A DNA stretch of 64,000 nucleotides, taken from positions 104,596,001 through 104,660,000 of the forward strand of contig NW_024704743.1 in assembly GCF_018977255.1 (NCBI RefSeq), read 5' to 3'. The stretch is from Callorhinchus milii. Lineage: Eukaryota. Position numbers and translations under genes: made by a program. Shown piece after piece: positions 1-12,674 of this stretch. The notes beneath the pieces were generated by a model, which searched no databases, was not told the DNA's origin, and saw nothing but the letters and a program-made list of their open reading frames with translations. Positions within the stretch are counted from its first letter, which is position 1, and the number at the start of each line of letters is the position of its first letter.

Positions 1-381
1 CAGATACAAATTGCTACCATTAATGTGGTTCACTTTACACTGGAGCAGCAATGATTGAGATGTTAAATCCTTTGGCGATATCTTCCATTTGCTATTTTAT
101 GCATGTCTAGACACAATACAGAGTTCAACACTTTTACATTTTTTGCTGTCATGAACACAGCCTCCCCTCCTCAAAAATAAATTGATGTAAATGCTGAGCA
201 CGTGCCTCAATGGTTATCTAAACATATTAATGCGTGTGAGGTTGCTGAAAGCTGACATTAAACTTCTTGGGAATCATCTATATTCAGATGCTGGCAGCAT
301 GCACTGATCATTACCAGGCTTTAAGGGTCAACCAGAAAATAATATGGAGCTACATCATAATTTGCTATATCTTTGTGAATC

Positions 382-410
382 TACAGTAAACTCCTGATAA
401 CTCGACCTGG
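382..410 (+). mobile_element. Possible Tc1/mariner (pogo/Tigger-like) terminal relic
   Basis: TA-CAGTAAACTCCTGATAACTCGAC resembles TA|CAGT...CGATAACTCG termini; no partner TIR found. Confidence 0.25.
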
Positions 411-892
411 CTTGACTTGTCATTATCACTTAAGTCATCACGCTGTCAATATCCTGGTCGCAGTTATTTATGTATTTATACATATGCCTAACTTGCCATT
501 ACAGATAACTCATCACTGAGCCCTTTTCTCTTGAAGCAACGCATTATCTGTTTACTTTTTGTCATCATTAAAAGCATACTTATTATGGGTTTCAAGAAGT
601 AGACAGGTATATGAAGATAAAGAGTTGAAGGATGTGAATGGACAGCTTGCTCTGAGAGCCAGTTTGGCTCAATGGGCTGAATGGCCTCCTTCTGTGCTGT
701 CAATATCTATGATTCTAAGATTTCAGAAATTGCAGCTTGGATTGATGCTATCAGCCTGGTTTCATTGTTAAAGTGGCTTTGGATGTGTAATTAAGAAGAT
801 TAGGACTATGACTACAGAATGTAAAAACAAATCAGCTCAAAGTATTGAATTGAATAGATTGATAGAATCAAATGGAATTTAATCAAACTTAC

Positions 893-1104
893 ACATTTTG
901 CTGTCATAAAGGTTGTGTCAAACCATGAGTCCTCAGATCTACTTTGATCTATATCATTAAAGCAATATTTGCTAGTTTTATGAATTTTATTAAATACTCT
1001 GATCTTGATGAAAATTCTCTCTGCTGTCTTTGAAGAAGATATTATCTTGGACTCAGAGCACCAGTGAGGGTATTTTACACTGTACAGGGTGATGATGAGT
1101 TGCC
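893..1104 (-). CDS. Candidate exon GQLIITLYSVKYPHWCSESK...ERIFIKIRVFNKIHKTSKY...SWFDTTFMTAKC (C2-like)
   Basis: Acceptor tgtttttcag|GG (an alternative acceptor extends the exon to 1161), donor TGT|gtaagt, one open frame over 212 nt. Confidence 0.65.
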
Positions 1105-1330
1105 CTGAAAAACATTTCATCTCCACTACATTTTTATATTTAATTCCTGGAACTTGTTTGCCTTTCAAAAAAATAATTTGAAGAGATGTTCAGAACTCAA
1201 ACCTGTGGAATTACAAATGTGCTTCCCACAACACAATACTGATTATAATTGATCCTGTCAATTGTAACACCTACAAGTTAACCCATCACCATGCTGAGGA
1301 ATATTTCAATATGAAATATACTCTACGTAC

Positions 1331-1460
1331 CTCTAAGGAATCTAACAAATTTACTAATTTTCTCAATTTAGCTAATTCCCTTATTCCTAATGGACGTCCT
1401 GGTGAATTATTGTTGGATTTCCACCAAGGCCAGTATTTTCCTCTTAAGTTTGACACCCAA
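1331..1460 (-). CDS. Candidate exon WVSNLRGKYWPWWKSNNNSPGRPLGIRELAKLRKLVNLLDSLE
   Basis: Acceptor gtgtttaaag|T, donor GAG|gtacgt, phase 2>0; the only open frame of the three. Confidence 0.5.
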
Positions 1461-1962
1461 CTTTAAACACGATGCTAAAATTGAGGTCTGACCAGCTCTC
1501 CCTTTAACTTTACCAAAACCTACTTCCTTGGCTTTATAGACTATTGGGTAAAATTTCCGTTCAGTGGTGTGTGCAGCACCTTCTGCATGATTTATAATGG
1601 GAAACCCTATTAGTGTCCAACATCACAAAAATGGATGCATGTAACACTCTACGGAATATTACCCAAAAAATAATGTTTCTCTTGTGATAAATCCTAGCAT
1701 CTCATTAGCTTTATTGATTACTTTTGTGCACCTGTAAACTAGATTCTAAACAGTTATGTACCAGGACCCATTAAACAATTTATTCATCTACATTTCCTTT
1801 CCCAGTGATTCCCCTTATAGTATAAGCTATTTGTTTCCATCCCATAAGTACGAGTTCACACACTTTGCTATCTTGAATTAATTTCATAGTACCGTAGAAA
1901 TTTATGGCACAGAAAGAGATCATTCGGCCAATCAAGCCTCTGGCATTTTTCAGTTGACTTGC

Positions 1963-2123
1963 TTAATCTGTTCTTTGTGGTTTTCACAAATCATGACAGC
2001 TACTGTCTTAATATCATCTGCAAACACAGGTATTAATGTCCTCTATTCCCAGATCCAAGTTATTTTCCATGGATTGCAAGTTGGCTCTCTTCTGGTGGAA
2101 TATGGACCACTTTCACATTTCGC
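1963..2123 (-). pseudogene. Candidate exon AKCESGPYSTRREPTCNPWKITWIWE*RTLIPVFADDIKTVAVMICENHKEQI with an in-frame stop
   Basis: Pyrimidine-rich acceptor ...ctttcaatcgcttgaag|GCG, GC-type donor AA|gcaagt; phase 0>2 fits both neighbours; TAG at 2043-2045. Confidence 0.5.
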
Positions 2124-2180
2124 CTTCAAGCGATTGAAAGTGTGGGCAGAAAGGGAAATCATCCAAATAATCTATTCTTA

Positions 2181-2503
2181 TAATAATAATAATAATCCTT
2201 GCATTTGATATAGTGCTTTTCACGTCGGGAGGACGTCCCAAAGTGCTTCACAGAACACATTGTAAAGTGAATTGACTGAATATTTGTGGGCGAACGCGGC
2301 AGCCAATTGCGCACAGCAATGTCCCACAAACAGTCGTAGATTGAAAATGACCAATTTATTATTGTTTTTTTTTGGTTTTTGGAGGGATTATTATTAGGCA
2401 TGTGGAGTAAGAAACTTGCCCAAGGTTTTGCCCTGCCTGGAATTGAACTCGGGTCTCTCGCTTGCAAAGCGAGTGCTCTAATCACTGAGCTACAGGACTC
2501 CAC
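2181..2503 (-). mobile_element. tRNA-derived SINE (Deu-like core, L2-type tail), young subfamily
   Basis: Head GGAGTCCTGTAGCTCAGT...GAGTTCAATTCC (A and B boxes), core TTGTGGGACATTGCTGTGCGCAATTGGCTGCC, tail AAATGCAAGG(ATT)n; near-identical copies elsewhere in the window. Confidence 0.92.
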
Positions 2504-3118
2504 AGTCTTGCAGTCGAGCAGCCTTCCAACACTCACTGCTAGGGCATAGAGAAGAACAACAGCCACTTGGTGGGGTAACACAGGGCAATCAGTGCCTTGA
2601 AACCACACTCCAACCAAGAGTAGAGAGGTGTCTGTAGAGAAGGAAAATATTACAAAAAAAAATTGGACACGCTCAATTCGTAATACCAAATAACAGATTT
2701 CTTTTAACGTATTTCTCAATGCTGCTTTATCTGTATTGTTGATCCAACTTGGTCAATCACTTCATGGCGCTTTATGGGACATTGCTGTGCACAAATTGGC
2801 TGTTGTGTTTGCCTACAAAACACACAGTCACTCAACTGTACAGTAAATCCTGTGAAGTGTTTTGCAACATCCTCCCAATGTCAAAGTTGCTATACCAAAT
2901 GTAAGGATTATTATTATTATTATTTGAGGTGCTTTAAGATGTCCTCCGGACATAAAGGACATGAAATGAAATAAATGCCAAATATAAATTGTATTTATTG
3001 TAATTTCTTCATTAAAGAGTTCGAACCATGAATGGCACCCATTAAACAAGGTCCAATGTTAGTCTCTGTTGTTGCTCAAAGCAGTGGATGGAAGCTGCAA
3101 ATAATTTACATGTATTAC

Positions 3119-3217
3119 CTCATCACTCAGTGCCAAAGTAGAAAAAGCAAGATTAAATGCAATATTTTGCCCACAAGCGAAAACCTCATACAAATTAAAA
3201 CCGATACAGTGTAATGA
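3119..3217 (-). CDS. Candidate exon SLHCIGFNLYEVFACGQNIAFNLAFSTLALSDE
   Basis: Acceptor tttttggttctacag|, donor GAG|gtaata, 99 nt, open, phase 0>0. Confidence 0.65.
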
Positions 3218-3956
3218 CTGTAGAACCAAAAATTGATTACAAATACCCCTATCATTTGTTATAAAGTTACTATACTTGCTTCCAATTATTTGTGTTAGGT
3301 TTTATTCTCTCATTTGAAAAAAAAACTACAAAAAATTCCATTAAAACATGCAAGATGCTTGTCTCTCAAAACCCATATTGCAAAAGCTGCATTGTATTTC
3401 TATTACATTACATTAATTTCAATTCTATTATCAGTTCTGCATGAATTGCATGCATCAATAAGCTGAAAGCTTGCTTATTATTACAGTTCATTTTTTGAAT
3501 GCTGGAGTGGAAATATATGTTCATGGAAAGAAATTGCCTGTGTTTGAATATGAAGAAAAATGCCAATGACATCAAATAAATCATGTTTACAATACTATTA
3601 TGGGATCTCTGATGTTTGTTTAAAAAGGCGCATAGTTTTGGTTTTATATTTCATTTGAAAAAAGCACCTCCGACAATGCAGCGCTCTGCTAATAATAATA
3701 ATCTTTACACTTGATATAGCGTCGTATTACGTTGTTGAAATGCTTCAAAGTGCTTCTCTGTAACTTACCATAATTTAGGATGGGGAATCTAAACATTATA
3801 TAGCCTGAGATAAAACAGGTTACTAACAATTACTTTATAGTGCACCATCCAGAAGCCAATATAGATGTGTTAAAGCAGAATATCTGCTTCTTTTTATAAT
3901 ATAAGTGAACTTGAATAACTCTATCAGTCGTGACCATAACATTTAACATAACTTAC

Positions 3957-4087
3957 GCAAAGTAAAAAGTTTCCCCATACGCCAAGTATGGACAAATTTA
4001 CATGAGTCATATCGACTGACTTAATACGACGTATATATATATATTGTTTTTTACGAGACCACATTAGTGCTTTCAGAGCCAGCGCCT
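3957..4087 (-). CDS. Candidate exon (E)ALALKALMWSRKKQYIYIRRIKSVDMTHVNLSILGVWGNFLLC
   Basis: T-rich acceptor ...ttttttaattaaag|, donor TGC|gtaagt, open frame, locally CpG-rich; ends in phase 0, matching the next exon. Confidence 0.6.
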
Positions 4088-5017
4088 CTTTAATTAAAAA
4101 AAGATTCAAATTTCCCATTATAACACAGACTGTCAACTTGACGTTCTTAAGATAAGCATAGTATCTCAAACTGTCTTTGGGCTTTTATAATCTTCAGTGC
4201 GATGATAACGATTCATGATCTATTTTCCCACGCTTGTTTTAAAATGCAGCAATGTATTTGTAGCCGGTAAGTAGACATGCAGTACTTCATCAATACAGCT
4301 GGGAAGTATGGTAGTGGGGATTTGAATTAGGAGGTGATTTGCATTACGAATTGAGATTATTTGGGACCAACAAACTTGTAAAATATGACTAGAAATCTAA
4401 GTGTTTTTTGAGAGAAAAATAAATGGGACTCAGATATATTTAGGAATTAGGCAATTATAAAATTTATAATGAGATGACGTGTGCGGGTTTACCTGAAATA
4501 ATAAATAATAATACTTACATTTGGTATAGCGCCTATCACCTCAGGAGGATATCTCAAAGCGCTTCACAGGATATACTGTAAAGTGTAGTGATTGTATTTT
4601 TGAGGTGAACACGGCAGCCAATTTGCACACAGTAATGTCCTACAATCAGCCATTGAAGTAAGTGATCATTTTATATGGGGGATTGTTGGCCAGGACACTG
4701 GGTGAAACTCCCTTCTTACAAAGAAACATTCCCTTCGATAGCAACTGTTTTCTGTCTTAAGAACCAGGCAATGCACTGACATTCTGGTGCAGCATTCTGC
4801 ATCAATTTTATATGCCTGGATGCACACTCAATTTCAGTCAGGCTAGTTGGAAACTGCTTTTATGTTTTTCAGATTTCTACTTGATGAGTTTTGCTGTGTA
4901 CTGTGTGAATAATTCAACAAAGCAAACCTTTTTTCAATGTTGAAAAGCATAATGCAGCTTCTAATCGACACGGCTGAGATTCGGTATTTTCAGGCAGAGA
5001 TTTGCATGCCTATCCAC

Positions 5018-5086
5018 CTTGGTAGTGTCACTGTTCCACTGATCAGTGATGCAGCCAGTCACCAAATTAATCTCCAGTGGCAAATG
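5018..5086 (-). CDS. Candidate exon HLPLEINLVTGCITDQWNSDTTK (may extend to 4928 with a frameshift)
   Basis: Strong acceptor tttccttgcacag|; the donor is uncertain (AAG|gtggat, or AAG|gtttgc at 4927). Confidence 0.4.
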
Positions 5087-5731
5087 CTGTGCAAGGAAAT
5101 ATGACAACTTATTCTTTTTTAAAATAAATATTAATTGTAAGACATTTTGCAAATGAGTTACTATCATATTCAGAGTCATTAAATCTTTGCAAAGTGGGAA
5201 TAACACTTTGAATTTAGTGTTGATTTATTCTTATTATAGATTGAGTTGATTTAATTGATGAATTTAACATTTTATTTTAAATATTTTGTTATTTAAAACA
5301 GGATGATTTTATTTAAAACAGACAATGATTGAAACAATTTATTGGATAATCAAAATGAGGGGTTGTCATTTTCCAATGAATTATGATTTCATGCAGTATA
5401 TGCATGAATGTGTAATGTCTAAGCAATGTTCCATGCGAATTAATGATGCCTCGCTTTCAACATAAAAGCATAATTGAGAATTATATATTAGTCCGGGTCA
5501 GAGAGATACTTCTGAGGCTGTACACCTTAAATGGTGAAACCAAATAGAACAATAAGAATTTTTTAATATTTCATAGCTCAAGCTAATTATGAATGAATAA
5601 TACATGTTAACAATGTTAGCAAACAGTTCTACTGAGCTTTCCCTAATTATTTATTATTGTGGTGATACTGCACAGTTTCAAAAATTAAACACATGAATTA
5701 TTTAGTATATTATTTGAAGAAAAATAGTTAC

Positions 5732-5895
5732 CTGGTTGAGTGTGACAACAGGTCAGACTAGATTTGAGGGCTTTGGGTAACACAACAACAGAAAGTTTAA
5801 CCCTTGCTTCACACTGTTTGAGTAATGAGTGTTTTAAAACAAATCTCTGATAATTTTATATCAAAGCGATTTTGGCAAACAACTATTTCTTACTC
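5732..5895 (-). pseudogene. Possible disabled exon GVRNSCLPKSL*YKIIRDLF*NTHYSNSVKQGLNFLLLCYPKPSNLV*PVVTLNQ
   Basis: Acceptor ctttaaacccag| and donor CAG|gtaact; phase 1>0 fits its neighbours, but three stops weaken the call. Confidence 0.3.
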
Positions 5896-6210
5896 CTGGG
5901 TTTAAAGTGAGTAGGACCAGTGGCCTATAGTATAGCAGTTCACCTTCCACAGCAATAACTCAGCCTATCAGTCCACCGTGTAAAATTATTATAATTATCA
6001 ATAACAACAACAATAATAATCTTGCTTTTGACATAGCTTCTATAACTCTGAACTGTCTCAAAGCGTTTTACAGGAAATTGATGTCAAGTGAAGTAACTGT
6101 ATTTGCAGCATAGGGGCCCTCCAAATTGTGCACAGCAATGAAGAGAAATTAATCTATTAATGGATTAATTAATGGAGTCCCGTGGAGTCCTGTGGAGTCC
6201 TGTAGCTCCC

Positions 6211-6520
6211 GTGGAGTCCTGTAGCTCAGTGGTTAGAGCACTTGCCTTGCAAGCGAGGCACCTGGGTTCAATTCCAGGCAGGGTCAAACCTTGGGCAAGT
6301 TTCCTTACCCACATAACTTATAATAATCCCACCAAAAAACAAAAAAAATAATAAATTGGTCATTTTCAATCCATGACTGTTTGTGGGACACTGCTGTGCG
6401 CAATTGGCTGCCGCATTTCGCCCACAAATACAGAGTCAATTCACTTTACAGCATATTCTGTGAAGTGCTTTGAGACGTCTAGAAGAGGTGAAAAGCGCTA
6501 TACCAAATGCAAGGACTATG
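6211..6520 (+). mobile_element. tRNA-derived SINE, same family
   Basis: Full head, core and tail; preceded by tandem repeats of the head's first bases. Confidence 0.9.
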
Positions 6521-6815
6521 TTAATGTGGAGGATTGTTGTTCAGAACACCAGGGGAAGCTCTCTGTTCTTTTTGAATACTGCCATGCTATCTTTAAATCC
6601 ACCTGAACAAATGATTTGGTTTAATGTCTCATCTGAAGGACAGCATCTTGGACAATGGAATGCTTCCTGAATGTCAGCCTAAATTGTGAGCCCATATAAC
6701 TGCAAAAACAAACATTGGAGAACAGAAATCGTGATATTAAATGGGCTGCAATTTTGTTTAAAATTTTAATTTTGTTGTTAGACCCACATGAGTAACGCAC
6801 TTGAATATTACTCAC

Positions 6816-6867
6816 CAATACATTTAAATATCAGAAGCTAATACTGAAGTATCGTATTGCATTTCTC
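6816..6867 (-). pseudogene. Possible disabled small exon (...LIFKCIG)
   Basis: Acceptor ttgttcatgcag|, consensus donor TTG|gtgagt; every frame contains a stop. Confidence 0.3.
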
Positions 6868-8991
6868 CTGCATGAACAATGTTAAGGAACTTGAAATGAA
6901 TGGGCATTTTTTATAGTCTTATGCTTTGCATGTAGGAGTTTAAGCACAGTGTTAACTATCATCTGATTAACTGAATGTTAGAGGATATGTTAAAACACAG
7001 GAAAGCTTGAAAATTGCTCTTCTTCTCTGCAGCATCTGCTCAGGTTCTCTGTGCCTTACATGCACTTGGTGTTTGGTACAATTGCCTGCAGCTACAAATT
7101 GCTGTGTGCCACCTAACACACCCACACCCACCCACATATACACAAAAGTGTAGCTTCATGGCATCAGGTTCGAACTGCCATTGGTGCTCACAAGCTCATT
7201 ACCATGAATCTTCCAAGTAGAGTATTATAGTAATTAAATCACAATCTGGGGTGTTCATCCCTTATACATTATTTCCAAATGAATCTAGAGACAAATTACA
7301 TATAGTACTTTACACATAAATTATTTTGCTGGTAATTCATGCTGCATGAGCATTACATTGAGATGGACTATTGTGTAATGAAATTTGACATATGTCTAGT
7401 TGAATGTACAAATTTGTTGCAAGTTATATTAATTTGATTTTAGGCGACACCTTGTACTATCATATTTGATTAAATACAATTACATAAGATTGGTTTAATT
7501 AAATAAAGTTATTTCCCCCAGTTTGCATAATGATTACGTTACTTGGGATGACCAGATTGGACTGAAATTTTTTTAGAAAATGTGCACATTTATTCAGCAG
7601 GGATTTAATGGATATCTCTACAATCTTTGATATAATATCTTGATTGCCTTGACGTCATAAAAGATAATGAAAAGGCTTATTTACAACAAATGGGAATATT
7701 ACAACAATAACCTGCATTTATATAGCATCATCGTACAATAATGTCTTAGAGCACTTGATAATGTCGTAGTGAATACTGAGCCGGGTAGGAGGGAAGATGA
7801 GAGCTATACTCTCCCTGGCCATCACTGGTCAACAATCCGCCTATAAAATTGGTCATTCGCTTGTAGACTGTTTCTCCTGCATCTGCATGCACAATGTTAA
7901 GGAACTTGAAATGAACTGGCTATCCCATGTAAAGAGCACTATATAAATGCAAGTTGTTGTTGTTCATGGCTATTTGTGGGACATTGCTGGGCTGTCATAC
8001 TTGCATACAAATACACAGTCACTACACTTTACAGTAAATCCTGTAAAGCACTTTGAGATGTCCTCCCAAAATGAACGGTGCTATCACAAATAAAAGGCTT
8101 ATTATTACTTTCTTATTTCCTACAACTGCAAACATATTTTTAAAAAATTAAATTTGTGTCCAGGGTTTCAAGTTGTATGCTGTACTAAACAAAGGTATAT
8201 GGACAAACTGGATTTGTTATGTTAATTGTGATTTATATAATTGTGTTTATTAATTAGGATCAGGGGACATTGCAATAAATATGCCATGCAAAACTCCTGG
8301 ATTTATCCCTTCATGCTGTTTTCTACTCCCCAGGTATCCATCCATTTCTTCCCTGTACCCCTCAACTGATGATTTCTTACAATTAACAGTTAAGGCACAA
8401 TTAACACACTGAACCTGGTTTGCAAATGTGGGATTTTACACCCAACGGAGGAGTCCAGTCAGTTTCCACCTCTCTTGATCAAACTTGGTAATACGATTTA
8501 TCTTCTCTATTACTCCTTTACCCAGAAGCTTTCATTGCGAACAACCTGCCATTACTCATGCGTACCTGGAGGTGATGTGTGCCTTGAGTGCCTTTGATGG
8601 TTTATTTTGTTTACATCTTTGCGAAATGAAAACAAAGATTTGCAGAACATACAATTCTCCTCTGGTGTTTTTTTTGATCTGACTGATGCCATGGAAAGAC
8701 AATGTTAAACTTAAAAATGTACGCTCTGCTTCATTGCATTGCATGTGACTTTTTCCCATTATAACTTTCAGCAGAAATATGTTCAGTGTCAAATCGTCAG
8801 ACATGACCATTGTTTTATAGCTAGGGATGAGTTCATCACCATTGGAATTGAACCAAATCTAAATCCCAACCTAACTTTAATGAAGTAAAGTACTCTCAAT
8901 AAATCAAGTGTATCTATGAGAGATTAAGATCATTTTGGTGGAAGTGGTTTGACCCTTCAAAATGAAACAATGTAACTCACACAGGGATTTA

Positions 8992-9309
8992 GTGGAGTCC
9001 TGTAGTTCAGTGGTTAGAGCACTCGCTTTGCAAGTGAGAGACCTGAGTTCAATTCCAGGCAGAACGAAACCTTGGGCAAGTTTCCTTACTCCACACGCCT
9101 AATAATAATCCCTCCAAAAACAATAATAAAAATTGGTCTTTTTCAATCTACGACTGTTTGTGGGACATTGCTGTGCGCAATTGGCTGCCGTGTTCGCCCA
9201 CAAATATACAGTCAATTCACTTTACAGTGTGTTCTGTGAAGCGCTTTGGGACGTCCTCCCGACGTGAAAAGCGCTATATCAAATGCAAGGATTATTATTA
9301 TTATTATTA
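8992..9309 (+). mobile_element. tRNA-derived SINE, same family
   Basis: Full-length copy with (ATT)n tail. Confidence 0.93.
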
Positions 9310-10449
9310 CTTCCAAGGTGTCACCAAGGCAACAGTTTGAATATGTGGGACCAAACCCATTCTGGAAGCATTATGTAATGAGGTTTGCAAACCTCTTTTA
9401 CCATAGTCCCTGAAGTGGCTCAGCATGATCAGTATTGAGATCTGTCCTTTCTTCTGGTCAGCTCTATTCTGCTCACTTTACTGAGATCCTTATGATTATC
9501 ACAATACAATTTCCTACATCTTACAAAGCTCCCTAACTAACTTATTCTGCCTGCTATAAAACATCTGTTGCTGAACCAAGTCAGCATTATGGATAGGGAC
9601 AAATTATACAACGGAAAGCAGTACAAGATGAAAGCCTTGCTCACACTTGCTCTGAGTTAGAAGGATATGGGTTCAAGCCCCTTGCCTCACGTTGGCAATT
9701 TGAGCTCCTGCATTAATGCTGACACTCCAATGTAGTGCTGGGGGACACGCTGCAAGCCTGGATTTTCAAAGTGAAGGGGGCAAGCAGTGGAGTGAGATAG
9801 GAGAACATCAGATCCATAACAAAGTACTGTGGTATGGAGGGATTTATACATCAACATGAGGACGTTGTAAAGTGCAGTGACTGAATTTTGTAGGTTAGTG
9901 AAGCAGCCAATTTGCACATAACAATGTCCCACACACAGTTATGAAGTGATTGACCACAGTTTTGTGCATTTTTTGCATAATTTCCACAATTTTATTTGTT
10001 TCAAGTCTCATCCAAAGGACAACTACTACAAAACACAATCATCCAAAACACTGGATAGTCTCAAATAGAGATTAGAAAAGTAACAGTTCACATATTGGAG
10101 CTAATTTGAATCCAGTTAGTTCAATTACCTGGTTCGAGCTCAGGTACATTGGGAATTCCTAATACATTTTTTTAAGCAGTAACTTGCAGATCCTGTCATA
10201 AAAGGCAGCACTTCTACATAAATAATTGGGTTAGTTAAGTCATATGAGGTCTATTAGAAGAATAAGCCATGTCATCATAAACATATCACCATTTTGGTAC
10301 AAAAAAGGCCTCATAATAATAACATTAATGATAATAATGATGATAATAATAATCTTTACATATGACGTAGCACTTTATTAAGTCATTGAGACTTCCAAAG
10401 CGCTTCACCAGATTTACTGTAAAGTGCAGTGACTGTATTTTTGGGTGAA

Positions 10450-10612
10450 ACGCTGAACGCTTCTCTGCTGAAGACCTTTCGTTTTCACCGTGCCTTTGGT
10501 CACCTTGCCACCCCTCCGCCTTGCTCTGTCCCAGGATCCTAAACTGTAAAGCGCTCTGAGACGCCGTCTGGCGTGGAGGGCACTATATAAATCCAAGTTG
10601 TTGTTGTTGTTG
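10450..10612 (+). mobile_element. Short L2 3' end nested in a DeuSINE
   Basis: AAAGCGCTCTGAGACGCCGTCTGGCGTGGAGGGCACTATATAAATCCAAG(TTG)n. Confidence 0.8.
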
Positions 10613-11940
10613 TAGCAGACAATTATGCACACAGCAACGTCCCACTAATAGCTATGAAGTGAATGGCCAATTTTATCTGGGGGATTGTTGGTCAAAACTT
10701 TGGGAGAAACTCCCTTCTCTTTTCAAATAGTGCCATGGGATCTATAACGTTTGCCTGAACATCTCAGTTGAAAGATGGCATCACTGATACACAGTGTTCC
10801 CCAGGACAGCATTGGAGACCACCCAACCTTAACCTAGTGGAGCATTGTGTCTTAACATTTTAAAATCATACCAAATTGTGGAAAATTCTTATTTTTAGCC
10901 AGGCTTTATAAGCTGGATCTTATTAAGAACTGTGGAAAACTGCATTCCAAATTAAGACTGTATATAAACATTTTTCACAATTCTATGGCATCTTAAATTT
11001 CAAGACAAAATGGTCTGACAGTCTGAGACTGGGGTGGAATTTTGAGGAATTAGAATATCCTCGTCGACGTTTATCTCTTACATTTAGCTTTTCACATTTA
11101 CATTCATATGATTTCGATACCTATATTTTGAACTATTTTACAAAAATCTCACGTGGCAGTGTGATAACATTTGTTTGCCAGTGTTAATGATTGTGAATGG
11201 TGAGTTAGAGTTTGGAAAACCAGACCTTCTGTGTCCAAGGGTAGCAATAAATAGGAGTAGAGTCTCTCTGAATCAATCTTGTGAACCATGGCAACATAAG
11301 GAACTCTCTTGAATGTGCAACCAGAGATAGCCCTTTCTCCTTATCTTACCAACACACCTGTTTGACCAAGAGATTGAGAAGGTATCTAATCACTAAACTT
11401 GCAAATAAATCCCCTTTAGCCAAACCAGAGCAACTTTTATGTTATAAGACTTTTCTTTCTATTTCTGCTCTTATATCCTCAAAAAGGTAAAGAAAATAAT
11501 CTTTGAATTTGATATAGCACTACATCACATATTGAAACATCTTAAAGATCAGCCAATTTGCACATAGCAAAGTCCCACAAATAGCCGTGAAGTCACTGAC
11601 AAATTTTATCTGATAGCCTGGACATCTGAAAAACTCCTTCTTTTTCAGCGCTATGGGATCTTTAACATGAAGTCACCTCTGACAATGCTGCACAGGACTG
11701 TGCACTAAGTGTGAGCTTAGACTATGACCTTAAATCCTCACGTAAACTTAAACCCATAATCTGATCTAAGAATCAAGGTCCACACAATCCGGGTCCTCAA
11801 TTCCGATTTTATCTAGCAATCTTGGTGACGCATGCTTGTGAATGTTGGAGGTGGGAAGGATCAGACTGAACTGTGATGCTGACTAAAATCAAATACCAAC
11901 ACTATTTAAGTCCACATAAACCATAGCCCTTTGGATGAGG

Positions 11941-12263
11941 TAATAATAATATAATAATAATCCTTGCATTTGATATAGCGCTTTTCACATCTTCTAAACA
12001 TCTCAAAGCGCTTCACAGAATATACGCTAAAGTGAATTGACTGTATATTTATGGGCGAAACCCAGCAGCCAATTGCACACAGCAGTGTCCCACACACAGT
12101 CGTGGATTGAAGTGACCAACTTATTATTGTTTTTTTTTCTTGAGGGATTATTATCAGGCATGTGGAGTAAGGAAACTTGCCCAAGGTTTTGCCCTGCTAG
12201 CAATCGAACCCAAGTCACTCGCTTGTGAGGAGAGCGCTCTAACCACTGAGCTACAGGACTCCA
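11941..12263 (-). mobile_element. tRNA-derived SINE, same family, followed by a (GACA)n microsatellite
   Basis: Reverse-complement head, core and tail; (GACA)n at about 12266-12291. Confidence 0.9.
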
Positions 12264-12674
12264 CTAGACAGACAGACAGACAGACAGACAGAGCATGTCT
12301 GTCTCCTGTGGAAATATACCCCAAAAGAAATAGAAAGTGGAACAACAGAGGAGAGAAAATTTGATAGAGGAAATTTGTGAGAATAAAATAATCCTAGAAG
12401 CAGATATTTAGTTAAGTGGGGAGTTTTGCATTAAAGCATGCCATCTAGTGACTAATGACTATCCTCCTTAGAGGGATTAGGTAAGCAGAGTCCCATTGGA
12501 GCTGAGCTGGCTCGAAGGTGACATGCTTGGCCACAAAATGTTGGAATCAATTCAACTCTCTGTAATGGTCTCGGTAGTCCTGTTCCTGAGCCAGGTGGAT
12601 TCACAATACTCCAGGGCACTGCTGATGACAGACCAGCCAGCCTGGCCCATCAGCAGTACTAGCATAGGCTGCAG

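Noticed and set aside
2159..2719. 186-aa ORF and the recurring 'MGKFPYST...' / 'NWLPRSPTNIQSIHF' ORFs
   Set aside because: These are translations of SINE copies repeated through the window.
8995..9066. tRNA-Ala-like genes at SINE heads (also 22322, 21066, 15279, 60040)
   Set aside because: Each is fused to SINE sequence and carries scattered substitutions; they are retroposed heads, not tRNA genes.
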